A stretch of DNA of 64,000 nt, taken from NCBI RefSeq assembly GCF_035325185.1, contig NZ_DAOLAJ010000005.1:5166-69165 (forward strand), in the 5' to 3' direction. The notes under the pieces were generated by a model that saw only the letters and a program-made list of their open reading frames with translations, was not told the DNA's origin and made no database searches. This DNA is from Enterovirga sp. (GTDB lineage: Bacteria > Pseudomonadota > Alphaproteobacteria > Rhizobiales > Beijerinckiaceae). Of the stretch, positions 39,489 to 49,901 are shown piece after piece. The position numbers and the translations under genes were made by a program. Within the stretch, counting starts at the first letter, position 1, and the number at the start of each line of letters is the position of its first letter.

Positions 39489-40190
39489 TCACTGGCCGAT
39501 GCCTTGGGCGACGCTCGCAGCCTCGGTCCGCCACATGGTGGAGGGGTCCTTGCCCTTGCGGAGCTGGTCGAAATTGTACATCCGCCGCAGCGTGTCCGGC
39601 CGGCTTTCCTGGCGGCCGCGGACGAGGTCGACGGGATCGGCGACCTGCGAGGCGAGGTTCGCCTGCGAGGCACAGCCGAAATTGTAATATTGCTCGTTGC
39701 GCCAGGACTGCCTGGCATCCGACACGCCGAGATCGTCCGGCCACAGGCCGCATTGCGAGCCGACCTTCGCCTGAAGGCGGCGGAAGCTCAGGCGAATGGG
39801 AGAGGCGACGTTCGGATCGGCGGGCTGGTAGGTCGTGATGGCGAGCCTGCCGCCGGCATAGGAGCGCAGCGTCTCGACGGCCCGGCGCGTCGCCGGGTTC
39901 GTGCCGTAGCCGTGCGGCACCTGCGCCATCATCACGCCGGTCCCGTGCTTGGCGTATTCCGCGAAGAAGGCGCCGATATCCTGGCGCTCGCGGCTCACGA
40001 GCCCGCCCGGGCCGCCGACGAAGACGTCGAGGACGCGCGGGCGGTCCGCCAGCACGATCGGGTGCCGGTCCCGATAGTCGCTCGGATAGATCGAGCCGGT
40101 GATCTGCTCCTGGCTCTGGCAGGCCGCGAGGGCGGGCACGCAGAGGGCCAGGGCCGCGAGGGCGGGAATGCGGGGGGGCGAGGCTTTCAT
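39489..40190 (-). CDS. cpaD: CpaD pilus lipoprotein
   Basis: Lipobox LAAC, DYRDRHPI, NFGCASQANLA..VADPVDL. Confidence 0.88.
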   Translation of the reverse strand: MKASPPRIPALAALALCVPALAACQSQEQITGSIYPSDYRDRHPIVLADRPRVLDVFVGGPGGLVSRERQDIGAFFAEYAKHGTGVMMAQVPHGYGTNPATRRAVETLRSYAGGRLAITTYQPADPNVASPIRLSFRRLQAKVGSQCGLWPDDLGVSDARQSWRNEQYYNFGCASQANLASQVADPVDLVRGRQESRPDTLRRMYNFDQLRKGKDPSTMWRTEAASVAQGIGQ

Positions 40191-40240
40191 CTGGCTCTCC
40201 GGCGGCGCGGTCGGGGCGCCCGCTGTCGGTGTCGTTGCGG

Positions 40241-41758
40241 TCAGTCGGTGATGAAGCCGAAGCGGCCGGGCATCTGGCGTCCGCGGCCGGGGCCGGAGGT
40301 GCCGTAGAGGCGGTTGAGGCGGCCCATCAGCAAAGCCTGCGGATCGCTCGAATCCTGGAAGCCGTCATCGGGACGGGCGACCTGGGCGGCCTCCTGGGGC
40401 TTCGCGAGATAGGGCGTCACCATGATCATCAGCTCGCTATCCTGGCGCTGGAAGTCCCGCGAGCGGAACAGGGCGCCGAGGACGGGCAGGTTGATGAGGC
40501 CCGGGATGCCCGTCAGCGTCTGGGTGGTCTGCGACTGGATCAGCCCGGCCGTCACCATCGTGCCGCCCGAGGGCAGCTCGACCGTGGTCGAGGTCTTGCG
40601 GGTCTTGAAGCCGACATTGCCGTTGACCATCGTCTCCTTGTCGAGCTCGTTGACCTCCGTCGACACGCGCAGGCTGATCCGGCCCGGCGAGAGGGCGATG
40701 GGCGTGAAGGCGAGAGCGACGCCGTAGGGCTTGTAGGTCACGGTCGGGGGGCAGTACTGGCCCGTCGGGCAGGTCGCCGTGACGACGATCGGAATCTCGC
40801 CGCCGGCATGGAAGGTGGCCGATTCGCCCGAGATCGCGACGAGGGTCGGCTCCGCCAGGACCCGCGAGACGCCGGCCTTCTCGAGCGCCTGCAAGGTGCC
40901 GCCGATATTGGCGTTCTTGTTGATCCCGGCCTGTCCCTGGAAATTCAGGCCGCCCGAGCTGTCCCGCCCGGCCAGGATGCCGGTCGCGAAGCCGACCAGC
41001 CCCGAGGCCGGGTTGGCCATGGCGACGGCGCCGTCCTTGGCCGCATCCAGCACGTTCCAGTTGCCGCCGACATTGATGCCGAGCTGCTTGATGGCGGTGC
41101 GCTGCATCTCGACCACCGTGACCTTGATCATCACCTGGTCGCGCTCGGCGATGGTCAGGGCGTTGATGACGAGGCCGGTCGAGGCCCCGGCCCCGCCGGA
41201 GGTCGAGGAGGGGGCGCCTCCGCCTCCCCCGATCGTGCTCATCCCGACGAAGGCGCGGGCGATGTCGGCGGCCTGCTGGGCGTCGCCCGCCGTCTGCACC
41301 GTGCCCGTGAGCAGGATGGAATCGCCCGCGGGGCGGACGTCGATGCGGGCGGTCGGGATCGCGCGCTGGAGCGTCTGGCGGAGAGGGTTCAGGTCGCGCC
41401 CGACCGTGACCTCGAAGGCGGCGATCTGGCGGCCTTCCGCGTCGGTCGCGATGACGGAGGTGCCGCCGCCGGCGACGCCGATCAGGAACATCTTGCGGGC
41501 GGAGCGCACCACCGCGTTGGCGACGGCCGGATTGGCGACGAAGACCTCCTTGGCGTCGCGCGGCAGCTCGATGATCACCGAGCGGCCGACCGAGAGGTCG
41601 ATGCGCCGCGCGCCGTCGACCTCGGTGCCGGCATTGCGGGGATAGGCACCGTAGGGGGCCGCATCCGCCGGGATGGCGCCCGCCGGCAGGAGGGCGAAGG
41701 CCGCAAGGCCGGCCCGCAGGCAGCCTGCGAGCGAGGAGCGGGACCGGAGCATCTTCAT
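40241..41758 (-). CDS. cpaC: CpaC/RcpA secretin
   Basis: LAEPTLVAISGESATF.AGGEIP, IPGL..LPVLGALFRSRDFQ. Confidence 0.93.
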   Translation of the reverse strand: MKMLRSRSSLAGCLRAGLAAFALLPAGAIPADAAPYGAYPRNAGTEVDGARRIDLSVGRSVIIELPRDAKEVFVANPAVANAVVRSARKMFLIGVAGGGTSVIATDAEGRQIAAFEVTVGRDLNPLRQTLQRAIPTARIDVRPAGDSILLTGTVQTAGDAQQAADIARAFVGMSTIGGGGGAPSSTSGGAGASTGLVINALTIAERDQVMIKVTVVEMQRTAIKQLGINVGGNWNVLDAAKDGAVAMANPASGLVGFATGILAGRDSSGGLNFQGQAGINKNANIGGTLQALEKAGVSRVLAEPTLVAISGESATFHAGGEIPIVVTATCPTGQYCPPTVTYKPYGVALAFTPIALSPGRISLRVSTEVNELDKETMVNGNVGFKTRKTSTTVELPSGGTMVTAGLIQSQTTQTLTGIPGLINLPVLGALFRSRDFQRQDSELMIMVTPYLAKPQEAAQVARPDDGFQDSSDPQALLMGRLNRLYGTSGPGRGRQMPGRFGFITD

Positions 41759-41782
41759 GGGGCCGTTTCCCTTATCGTCCGG

Positions 41783-42580
41783 TCAGCGCCGCGCGGCCTG
41801 ACGAGCGACGCCGTAGCGCACGAGGGTGATGGAGGGGTCGTCCTTGGAGGCCGTCTCGTCGGCCTGGGCGGGATTCGCATCGGCGAGGCTGCGCAGCGCG
41901 AGCGACAGCGAGCCCGTCTTCTGGGCGAGCGCGAGGGTCTCGGCCTGGCTCGGCGAGACTTCGAGCGTCGCGGTATCGCCGATGACGACCTTCTCGCCGT
42001 TCTTGTCCTGCACGTTCTGGCCGATGGCGAGGACGCGGATGTTGCGCAGGATCGTCTCGGTGGTCTGCGAGTCGCCGGCGCCCTTGGGGCCGTCCTCCTC
42101 GCGATAGGTCTTCATGATGTCGACGCGGTCGTTGGGCAGGACGAAGCCGCCGGCCGAGGACGAACCGGTCCGGTCGATCGTGATCGCCACGGCCCGCATC
42201 CCGGAGGGCAGGATCGCCGACATGAAGGCGTTGGAATTGGCCCGCACCAGCTTCTCGCGCCGCACCGGCTCGCCCGCGAAGAGGGCGATGCGGACGATGG
42301 CGCCGTCGAATTCCTGGATGCCGCCGGGCAGATCGGCCTGGGTCAGCGCCCCGCCCGGGACGTAGTCGGCCGGCCAGGGCTGCCAGCGCAGCTGGCCCGG
42401 CTTGATCGTGCTGCCGATCGGAAGCTCCGCCGTCGTGACGAGCACGTCCGTTGTCTGGACGGAGGCTTTCCGCTCGACCATGACCGGCGCGGGCGCCCGT
42501 CCCGACCGGGCCATCAGCAGGGCGGCCCCGCAGGCCGCGAGGCCCGCAATGCCAAGGACGATGAGACGGGCAGGTTTCAT
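41783..42580 (-). CDS. cpaB: CpaB/RcpC
   Basis: MKPARL, SAF domain, ILPSGMRAV, FVLPNDRVD, TATLEVSP.QAE.L.LA. Confidence 0.92.
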   Translation of the reverse strand: MKPARLIVLGIAGLAACGAALLMARSGRAPAPVMVERKASVQTTDVLVTTAELPIGSTIKPGQLRWQPWPADYVPGGALTQADLPGGIQEFDGAIVRIALFAGEPVRREKLVRANSNAFMSAILPSGMRAVAITIDRTGSSSAGGFVLPNDRVDIMKTYREEDGPKGAGDSQTTETILRNIRVLAIGQNVQDKNGEKVVIGDTATLEVSPSQAETLALAQKTGSLSLALRSLADANPAQADETASKDDPSITLVRYGVARQAARR

Positions 42581-42629
42581 AGGGAGCGTCCGACGCAGAC
42601 TCTTCTCGTTGGACATTGGCGGCCAATGG

Positions 42630-42644
42630 TCAAAACATGGTTAA
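42630..42644 (-). promoter_or_regulatory. Putative CtrA-binding site upstream of cpaB
   Basis: Minus strand TTAA-CCATGTT-TTGA (1 mismatch; contains TTAACCAT), 50 bp from the start codon. Confidence 0.55.
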
Positions 42645-42827
42645 TTGAACCTGTCCGCGGCCGCATATCTTCGACGGATCGTTAATCTTGATGCGCGTTA
42701 AGTATTTTCGAGCATTGGCCCGGGCCGCCTCGACCGAAGGCGGAAGCGGCGGGTATGCTCCCTCCTCCCATCGTCGGACGGACGGGCCGGCTTCGCCGTG
42801 TTAACCAGCAGGCAGGGAGGAGCGCCG

Positions 42828-44909
42828 ATGACGCAAGCGAGGGAGCCGGATTTCGAGGCCAAGGCGCTCCGCATCGGCCAGGGCGACGCCGCCGCCCCCC
42901 CGGACGAATCGGACGCCATCTCGAACGAGGCCCTCAGGAAGGCCGAGGAATTCATCGAGCAGGAAGAAGGGGCGACGAACCGCCTCGCCGGCTGGGGCGC
43001 CCGCATCGTCACGACCATCGCCGTGACGATGAGCCTCTTCCATCTCTATGCGGCCTACTGGATCGTCCCGACCCAGGAGCTGCGCTACACGCACGTCGCC
43101 TTCGTCCTGCTGCTCTCCTACCTGCTCTTCCCCGTCGCGGCGCGCTTCCGCAACCGGATCGCGTGGTGGGACGTGATGCTCGGCCTCGCGGCCGTCGCCA
43201 TCATCGGCTACGCGCTCTGGGGGGGCGAGGATTTCACCGACCGCGCCACGGTGCCGGACCGGCTCGACGTCGTCCTCGGCGTCGCCTTCATCGTGATCCT
43301 GCTCGAGGCGACGCGGCGCACGACCGGGCTGATCATGCCGGTCGTCTCGCTCTTCTTCATCGCCTATGCGATGCTCGGCCCCCACCTGCCGCCGCCCTGG
43401 ACCCATCACGGCTACACGCTCACCCGCATCGTCGGTCACCTCTTCATCACGCTGGAGGGCATCTTCGGCGTCGCGGTGGACGTCTCGGCGACGCTGATCG
43501 TGCTGTTCACGATCTACGGCGCGTTCCTGCAGCATTCGGGGGCGGGGAAGTTCTTCATCGACTTCTCGCTCGCGCTGATGCGGGGCAAGGCCAATGCGCC
43601 GGGCCGGACGGTGGTGCTCTCCTCCTTCCTGCTCGGCGGCCCCTCGGGCTCGGGCGTCGCGACGACGGTGATGATCGGCACCGTCGCCTATCCGATGATG
43701 AAGAAGGCCGGCTTCTCGGCCAATGCGGCCGGCGGATTGCTGGCGGCGGGCGGGCTCGGGGCGATCCTCTCGCCCCCGGTGCTGGGCGCCGCCGCCTTCC
43801 TGATCGCCGAGTTCCTGAAGCTCTCCTATCTCGACGTCATCTGGATGGCGACGATCCCGACCATCCTCTATTACCTCTCGCTGCTCTTCATGGTGGAACT
43901 CGACGCCAAGCGCTTCGGCGCCAAGGAGATCGAGTACGAGCAGGAGCTGTCGACCGGCGCGATGCTGCGCCGCTACGGCTTCCATTTCCTCTCGCTGCTC
44001 GCCGTGGTCGGCTTCATGGTCTGGGGCTATTCGCCCCAGCTCTCGGTCTTCTACGCGGTGCTGGTCACCACGGCCCTGTCCTTCCTGCGCCCGGAATGCG
44101 CGCTGGTCACCTTCAGGCCGAAGCTCGATCCGACGCGGCTCGTCAAGGCGCTGTCGGACGGCGCCGTCGGCGTGCTGAGCGCCGCCACGACCTGCGCCTC
44201 CGCCGGCATCGTCGTCGGCATCGTGACCCTGACCGGGCTCGGGCTGAAGTTCTCCTCGATCGTGATCTCCTATGCGGGGGGCTCGCTGCTCCTGACGGCG
44301 ATCTATACCGCGCTGATCGTCTGGGTGATCGGGCTCGCGGTGCCGGTGACGGCCTCCTACATCATCTGCGCGGTGATCGCCGCGCCGGCCCTGACGCATC
44401 TCGGCGTGCCGGACTACGCCGCGCATATGTTCATCTTCTATTATGCGGTGCTGTCGGAGGTCTCGCCGCCGACCGCGCTCTCGCCCTTCGCCGCGGCGGC
44501 CATCACCGGCGGCGATCCCTATGCGACGACGCTGCAAAGCTGGAAATACACGCTGCCGGCCTTCCTCGTGCCCTTCGTCTTCGTGCTCGACCCGGACGGG
44601 GTCGGCCTCCTGCTGAAGATGCCCAAGGACGGCACGGTCTGGTCGATCATCTGGATCACGATCAAGACCGGGCTCGGCCTCGCGGCGCTCGCGGCCTGTG
44701 CGCAGGGCTGGGCCTTGCGCCGGACGGTCCTCTGGGAGCGCGTGGCGCTCGGGATCTCCGGCCTGTTCCTGGTCTTCCCGAGCCTGCTCGAGGCCATCGC
44801 CGAAGCCATCGTCGGCCGCGACATCGCCTATACCTGGGCCGTGGGCATCGTGCTCGCCGCGCTCGTGCTGCTGGCGCAGCGGGCGAGGCGCGGCGAGGCG
44901 GCGGCATGA
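42828..44909 (+). CDS. TRAP transporter fused 4TM/12TM permease
   Basis: EATRRTTG, GIFGVAV, SGSGVATT, PPVLGAAAFLIAE, EVSPPTAL. Confidence 0.92.
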   Translation: MTQAREPDFEAKALRIGQGDAAAPPDESDAISNEALRKAEEFIEQEEGATNRLAGWGARIVTTIAVTMSLFHLYAAYWIVPTQELRYTHVAFVLLLSYLLFPVAARFRNRIAWWDVMLGLAAVAIIGYALWGGEDFTDRATVPDRLDVVLGVAFIVILLEATRRTTGLIMPVVSLFFIAYAMLGPHLPPPWTHHGYTLTRIVGHLFITLEGIFGVAVDVSATLIVLFTIYGAFLQHSGAGKFFIDFSLALMRGKANAPGRTVVLSSFLLGGPSGSGVATTVMIGTVAYPMMKKAGFSANAAGGLLAAGGLGAILSPPVLGAAAFLIAEFLKLSYLDVIWMATIPTILYYLSLLFMVELDAKRFGAKEIEYEQELSTGAMLRRYGFHFLSLLAVVGFMVWGYSPQLSVFYAVLVTTALSFLRPECALVTFRPKLDPTRLVKALSDGAVGVLSAATTCASAGIVVGIVTLTGLGLKFSSIVISYAGGSLLLTAIYTALIVWVIGLAVPVTASYIICAVIAAPALTHLGVPDYAAHMFIFYYAVLSEVSPPTALSPFAAAAITGGDPYATTLQSWKYTLPAFLVPFVFVLDPDGVGLLLKMPKDGTVWSIIWITIKTGLGLAALAACAQGWALRRTVLWERVALGISGLFLVFPSLLEAIAEAIVGRDIAYTWAVGIVLAALVLLAQRARRGEAAA

Positions 44910-44957
44910 GGGGCGCCCCCGCCCGCGATCCAATCAACTGAAAGGGAGAAACACCAG

Positions 44958-45926
44958 ATGAAGAGACGCACCCTCCTCGGCCTCGGGGCCGCCATCATCG
45001 CCGCCCCGCGCGGCATCGGGGCCGCGCTCGCGCAGCAGAAGACCATTGCGATCGGCACGGGCGGCACGGGCGGCGTCTATTATCCCCTGGGCGGCGCGGT
45101 CGCGAACGTGCTCTCGAAGAAGCTGCCGGGCGTGCAGGCGACGGCCGAGGTCACGGGCGGCTCGGTCGACAACCTCAAGCTCATCGCCTCCGGCCAGAGC
45201 GAGATCGGCTTCACCATGGCCGATGCGGCGCTCGACGCGCAGGAAGGCAAGGACAAGTTCAAATCCGGCAAGGTGCCGCTGCGCACGCTCCTCGTCCTCT
45301 ATCCCAACCGCATGCATGTCGTGACGGTCGAGGGCCGGGGCATCGAGAAGATGAGCGACCTCAAGGGCAAGCGCGTCTCGACCGGCTCCCCCGGCTCGGC
45401 CACCGAGGTCATGGCCTTCCGCGTGATCGAGGCGGCGGGGCTCGACAAGGACAAGGACATGAAGCGCGAGCGCCTCTCGGTCGCCGAGAGCGTGAACGCC
45501 ATCAAGGACGGCAAGATCGATGCCTTCTTCTGGGTCGGCGGCATTCCGACGGCAGGCGTCACCGACCTCGCCGCGACGCCCGGCACCAAGATCAAGTTCA
45601 TCGACCATGCCGATCTCGCCGAGAAGATGAACGCCAAATACGGCAAGCTCTACTCGCCCTCGGTCATCCCGAAGGGCACCTATCCGGGCATGGATGCCGA
45701 CAACAAGAACACCGAGGTCTGGAACATCCTGGTCACGGGCGACAAGATGTCGGACGAGGACGCCTATGCCATCGTCAAGACCCTGGTCGAGAACAAGGAC
45801 GACCTCGTCGCCGTGCACAAGGAGGCCGCCGCCTTCTCGCTCGACAACCAGGTGCAGTCCCGCTCCCCGATCCCCTTCCATCCCGGCGCGCTGAAATATT
45901 TCAAGGAACGGGGCGTGAAGGAATAA
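44958..45926 (+). CDS. TAXI-family TRAP substrate-binding protein
   Basis: IGTGGTGGVYYPLGG, TGGSVDN, GSPGSATE, IPFHPGA. Confidence 0.93.
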   Translation: MKRRTLLGLGAAIIAAPRGIGAALAQQKTIAIGTGGTGGVYYPLGGAVANVLSKKLPGVQATAEVTGGSVDNLKLIASGQSEIGFTMADAALDAQEGKDKFKSGKVPLRTLLVLYPNRMHVVTVEGRGIEKMSDLKGKRVSTGSPGSATEVMAFRVIEAAGLDKDKDMKRERLSVAESVNAIKDGKIDAFFWVGGIPTAGVTDLAATPGTKIKFIDHADLAEKMNAKYGKLYSPSVIPKGTYPGMDADNKNTEVWNILVTGDKMSDEDAYAIVKTLVENKDDLVAVHKEAAAFSLDNQVQSRSPIPFHPGALKYFKERGVKE

Positions 45927-45942
45927 GCTGCCCATCCAGGCG

Positions 45943-45972
45943 CCGGCGGGAGAGCTTCGGACCTCCCGCCGG
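45943..45972 (+). terminator. GC hairpin after the TRAP operon
   Basis: CCGGCGGGAG-N10-CTCCCGCCGG. Confidence 0.5.
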
Positions 45973-45974
45973 AA

Positions 45975-46024
45975 CGCGTTTTCTTCGCGCGAGCCGGATC
46001 CTCCGTCACACGAAAATGCTCTAA
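45975..46024 (-). repeat. Partial Rhizobiales-type TAGAGCA... short repeat
   Basis: Minus strand TTAGAGCATTTTCGTGTGACGGAGGATCCGGCTCGCGCGAAGAAAACGCG; same terminus type as the copy at 53062. Confidence 0.55.
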
Positions 46025-46078
46025 CGTGCCGACACGGCATCGGAGAAGGGATGCGTCCCTTCCGAAGGCGAGGAACAC

Positions 46079-47110
46079 ATGATGAAGGTTCGGATGAGGA
46101 TTCCCCTGGGCTCCGCGCTCGTTGCCTCCGCCCTGCTGCTCGGAACGGCGGCCCAGGCCCAGACCTGCACCAATCGCGGCCAGCTCGACGACGCCTATTG
46201 CGACGAGAACAAGGATCTCGTCGCCGACGTTCCGGCCAAGACGCGCGATCCCAGCGTCCTCGTCTTCGCCTATACGCCGGTCGAGGACCCGGCCGTCTAC
46301 GAGAACGCCTTCAGGCCCTTCACCGAATATCTCTCCAAATGCACCGGCAAGCGGGTCGTGTACTACCCGGTCCAGTCCAACTCGGCCGAGATCGAGGCAA
46401 TGCGCTCGGGACGCCTGCACGTGGCCGGCTTCTCGACGGGCCCCGTCGGCTTCGCCGTCAACATGGCGGGCGCCGTGCCCTTCGCCGGCAAGGGCACCGA
46501 GAAGGGCATCGAGGGCTATCACCTCATCGTGCTGGTGAAGGCGTCGAGCCCCTACCAGAAGCTCTCCGACCTCAAGGGCAAGCGCGTCGCCCATACCTCG
46601 CCCTCGTCCAATTCGGGCGGCCTCGCGCCCAAGGCGCTGTTTCCGGACCAGGGCCTGAAGCCCGGCGAGGATTACCAGATCCTCTTTTCCGGCGGCCATG
46701 ACAAATCCGCCCTCGGCGTCAATTCGGGCGATTACGACGCCGCGCCCGTCGCCTCGGACGTCTTCGAGCGGATGGTCGCGCGCGGCGATCTCAAGGCGGA
46801 GAATTTCCGCATCATCTACCGCAGCGAGCGCTTCCCCAGCTCGGGCTTCGCCTATGCGCATGATCTCAAGCCGGAACTGGCCGAGAAGATCAAGCAATGC
46901 TTCTACGACTTCCGCTTCCCGTCGCAGATGGTGAAGGATTTCGAGGGCGACGACCGCTTCGCGCCGATCACCTACCTCAAGGACTGGGCCGTGGTGCGCA
47001 AGGTCGCCGAGGATTCCGGCACGCCCTTCAACAAGGCCGCCTACCAGAAGGAACTGGCCCGCGAGGCCGAGGCCGCGAAGAAGAAGGCCGAAGGCGCCAA
47101 GAAGCCGTGA
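46079..47110 (+). CDS. phnD: PhnD-like phosphate/phosphonate ABC substrate-binding protein
   Basis: [33 protein letters not shown]. Confidence 0.85.
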   Translation: MMKVRMRIPLGSALVASALLLGTAAQAQTCTNRGQLDDAYCDENKDLVADVPAKTRDPSVLVFAYTPVEDPAVYENAFRPFTEYLSKCTGKRVVYYPVQSNSAEIEAMRSGRLHVAGFSTGPVGFAVNMAGAVPFAGKGTEKGIEGYHLIVLVKASSPYQKLSDLKGKRVAHTSPSSNSGGLAPKALFPDQGLKPGEDYQILFSGGHDKSALGVNSGDYDAAPVASDVFERMVARGDLKAENFRIIYRSERFPSSGFAYAHDLKPELAEKIKQCFYDFRFPSQMVKDFEGDDRFAPITYLKDWAVVRKVAEDSGTPFNKAAYQKELAREAEAAKKKAEGAKKP

Positions 47111-47901
47111 GCGCGGCCCCGGCCCTCGACGCCGGCGCGGCCTCCGCGCAGGCGCTCGTGATCCGCGATCTCGTCAAGGAATACCGGCCGGGCCAGCCGG
47201 TGCTGCGCGGCGTCAGCCTCGTCGTCCCGCCGACCGGGCTCACCGCGATCATCGGCCCCTCGGGGACGGGCAAGAGCACGCTGATCCGCTGCATCAACGG
47301 GCTCGTGCGCCCGACCTCCGGCGAGATCCTGTTCGGCGGCCACGACCTCGTCGGGCTCTCGGGCGGCGCGCTGCGCCGCGCCCGGCGGCGCATCGGCATG
47401 GTGTTCCAGGAATACAACCTCGTCGAGCGCCTGACCGTCATGGAGAACCTGCTCTGCGGGCGGCTCGGCTATGTCCCGGCCTGGCGGGCCTGGCTGCGCA
47501 AGTTTCCCCAGCGCGACATCGACCGCGCCTTCGACCTCCTCGACGCGGTCGGCCTCTCGGGCTTCGCGACGCGGCGGGCGGACGCGCTCTCGGGCGGCCA
47601 GCGCCAGCGCGTCGGCATCGCCCGGGCCATCATGCAGGAGCCGGACATCATCCTCGCCGACGAGCCGACCTCCTCGCTCGATCCGAAGACCTCGGTCGAG
47701 ATCATGGAGATCCTGTCCCGCCTCGGCGCGGAGCGGAACATCCCGGTCGTGGTCAATATCCACGACGTGGAGCTGGCGCGCCGCTTCGCGAGCCGCGTGA
47801 TCGGCATGTCCGGCGGACAGGTCGTCTATGACGGGCCGCCCTCCGGCCTCGCCGAGCGCGACCTCAAGCAGATCTATGGCGGGGAGAGCTGGCTCGCATG
47901 A
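47107..47901 (+). CDS. phnC: PhnC-like ABC ATPase
   Basis: [27 protein letters not shown]; GTGA overlap. Confidence 0.88.
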   Translation: MSAAPALDAGAASAQALVIRDLVKEYRPGQPVLRGVSLVVPPTGLTAIIGPSGTGKSTLIRCINGLVRPTSGEILFGGHDLVGLSGGALRRARRRIGMVFQEYNLVERLTVMENLLCGRLGYVPAWRAWLRKFPQRDIDRAFDLLDAVGLSGFATRRADALSGGQRQRVGIARAIMQEPDIILADEPTSSLDPKTSVEIMEILSRLGAERNIPVVVNIHDVELARRFASRVIGMSGGQVVYDGPPSGLAERDLKQIYGGESWLA

Positions 47902-48671
47902 GCGCGCGCGCCGCCTTCCGGCCGAACTGGTGGGCGCGCCTCGGCTGGCTGCTCCTCGCCGCCTATGTCGTCTATGCCGGGCTGCACCTCGGCTTCGTGC
48001 CCGAGCGCTTCGCGACCGGCCTCGACCATGGCGGGCGGTTCATCGCCCGGATGTTCCCGCCGAATTTCTCGCGCTGGGAGCTGATCGTCTCGGGGATCGC
48101 AGAGAGCATCCAGATCGCGGTCATCGCGACCTTCTTCGGCGTCGTGCTGTCGCTTCCCATCGGGTTCCTGGCCGCCCGCAACCTGATGCCGCCCTGGGTG
48201 ACCTGGCCCGCCCGCGCCTTCATCGCGCTCTGCCGCTCGTTTCACCCGATCATCGTCGCGATCCTGTTCGTGAAGGCGATCGGCTTCGGCGCCCTCGCCG
48301 GCGTCATGGCGCTCATCGTCGGCTCCATCGGCTTCATCGCCAAGCTCTTCGCCGAGGCGATCGAGGAGATCTCGCTCAAGCAGGTCGAGGCCGTGCGCGC
48401 GACGGGGGCCGGCTTCCTCTCCGTCCTGACGATGGGCGTCCTGCCGCAGGTCCTGCCGCGCTTCATCGGCTTTTCGACCTACCAGCTCGATTCGAACCTG
48501 CGGAACTCGACCATGGTCGGGATCGTCGGCGGCGGCGGCATCGGGGCGGCCTTGTTCACGGCCTATCAGCGCTTCGATTTCGACGTCGTGCTCGCGATCC
48601 TGATCGTCATCGTGACGCTCATCATGCTGGCCGAGATCGTCTCGGGCTGGGCGCGCAAGGTGTTCCAGTGA
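47898..48671 (+). CDS. phnE: PhnE-like permease
   Basis: [34 protein letters not shown]. Confidence 0.85.
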   Translation: MSARAAFRPNWWARLGWLLLAAYVVYAGLHLGFVPERFATGLDHGGRFIARMFPPNFSRWELIVSGIAESIQIAVIATFFGVVLSLPIGFLAARNLMPPWVTWPARAFIALCRSFHPIIVAILFVKAIGFGALAGVMALIVGSIGFIAKLFAEAIEEISLKQVEAVRATGAGFLSVLTMGVLPQVLPRFIGFSTYQLDSNLRNSTMVGIVGGGGIGAALFTAYQRFDFDVVLAILIVIVTLIMLAEIVSGWARKVFQ

Positions 48672-49489
48672 GCGCGCCGGCCCTCGCGGCCTCCTCTCCC
48701 GTGCAGGAGCGGCGCTGGATCCGCTTCTCTCCGCTGAAGCGCCTCTCGCGCTTCGCCTTCTATCTCTTCACGGTCGCGGCGGTCGTCGTCTCGCTGCGCA
48801 CGATCGACGTGATTCCCGAATTCCTCTCCGACGCGCCCGAGCAGATGGCCGACCTCGTCGGGCGGATGTGGCCGCCGGACTGGAGCTACCTCCCGACGAC
48901 GCTCGCGGCCCTCGTCGAGACGTTGCACATCGCGACGCTCGGCACGCTGATTGCGCTCGTCCTGGCGATTCCGGTGGGGCTTCTCGCCGCCCGCAACGTC
49001 ACCCCGAGCCCGGTCCTGAACCTCTTCGCGAAATTCGTCTTCGTGACCTCGCGCTCGGTCAATTCGCTGGTCTGGGCCCTGCTCTTCGTCGCCGTCTTCG
49101 GGCCGGGGCCGCTCGCGGGGACGCTCGCCATCGCCTTCCGGTCGATCGGCTTCACGGGCAAGCTCTTCGCGGAGGCGGTCGAGGAGGCCCATCGGGGCCC
49201 GATCGAGGCGCTGAGCGCGGCCGGCGCCCCTCCCCTCTCGACGCTGCTCATGGGCTACTGGCCGCAGATCAAGCCGGCCTTCTATTCGATCGCCCTGTTC
49301 CGCTGGGACATCAATATCCGCGAATCCGCCGTGCTCGGCCTCGTCGGCGCGGGCGGGATCGGGGTCGCGCTCGATACCGCGCTGAACCTTCTCTACTGGG
49401 ACCAGGTGGCAGTCGTTCTGATCGTCATCTTCGCGGTCGTCGTGCTGACGGAAATCCTCGTCACGGCCGTGCGCAGCAGGATCATATAG
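48668..49489 (+). CDS. phnE: Second PhnE-like permease
   Basis: RWDINIRESAVLGLVGAGGIG. Confidence 0.85.
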   Translation: MSAPALAASSPVQERRWIRFSPLKRLSRFAFYLFTVAAVVVSLRTIDVIPEFLSDAPEQMADLVGRMWPPDWSYLPTTLAALVETLHIATLGTLIALVLAIPVGLLAARNVTPSPVLNLFAKFVFVTSRSVNSLVWALLFVAVFGPGPLAGTLAIAFRSIGFTGKLFAEAVEEAHRGPIEALSAAGAPPLSTLLMGYWPQIKPAFYSIALFRWDINIRESAVLGLVGAGGIGVALDTALNLLYWDQVAVVLIVIFAVVVLTEILVTAVRSRII

Positions 49490-49497
49490 AGCTGCGA

Positions 49498-49530
49498 AAG
49501 CCCGGCCGTCGCGAGGCGGCGGCCGGGCTT
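49498..49530. terminator. Hairpin between convergent genes
   Basis: AAGCCCGGCCG-N11-CGGCCGGGCTT. Confidence 0.55.
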
Positions 49531-49559
49531 CGACGTTCCCGGGATGGGAAGATATCGGG

Positions 49560-49793
49560 TCAGAAGTTGCACTTGACGGCCGGGACCCGGGTGAACGTGC
49601 CGGTGAAGGGGTTGAACACGGCGCGGGAGCCCACGGCGCAGGCCCGTCCGTCGAGCCTGCCGTCGTCGAAGATCTTCCGGCCGCTATTGGCGTCGAAGAC
49701 GGCGAAGCGGTGTCCGCGGGCTTCGCTCGCCGTGGCGATGACGGTCAGCGAGAGGGCGGCGAGGGCGAGGGTGAGAGACGACTTGAGGGACAT
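49560..49793 (-). CDS. Small secreted protein (77 aa)
   Basis: Signal peptide ending ASEA, two Cys, GGAG RBS. Confidence 0.7.
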   Translation of the reverse strand: MSLKSSLTLALAALSLTVIATASEARGHRFAVFDANSGRKIFDDGRLDGRACAVGSRAVFNPFTGTFTRVPAVKCNF

Positions 49794-49901
49794 GGCGGGC
49801 TCCGTCCGGTGAAGGGGGCCGGACCATCCGACCCCATGCCCATTGGTGTCGGAGCCTCCTCGCCGGGTTCACGATGCCTGCGAAATTTTTTCGGGCCTGC
49901 T

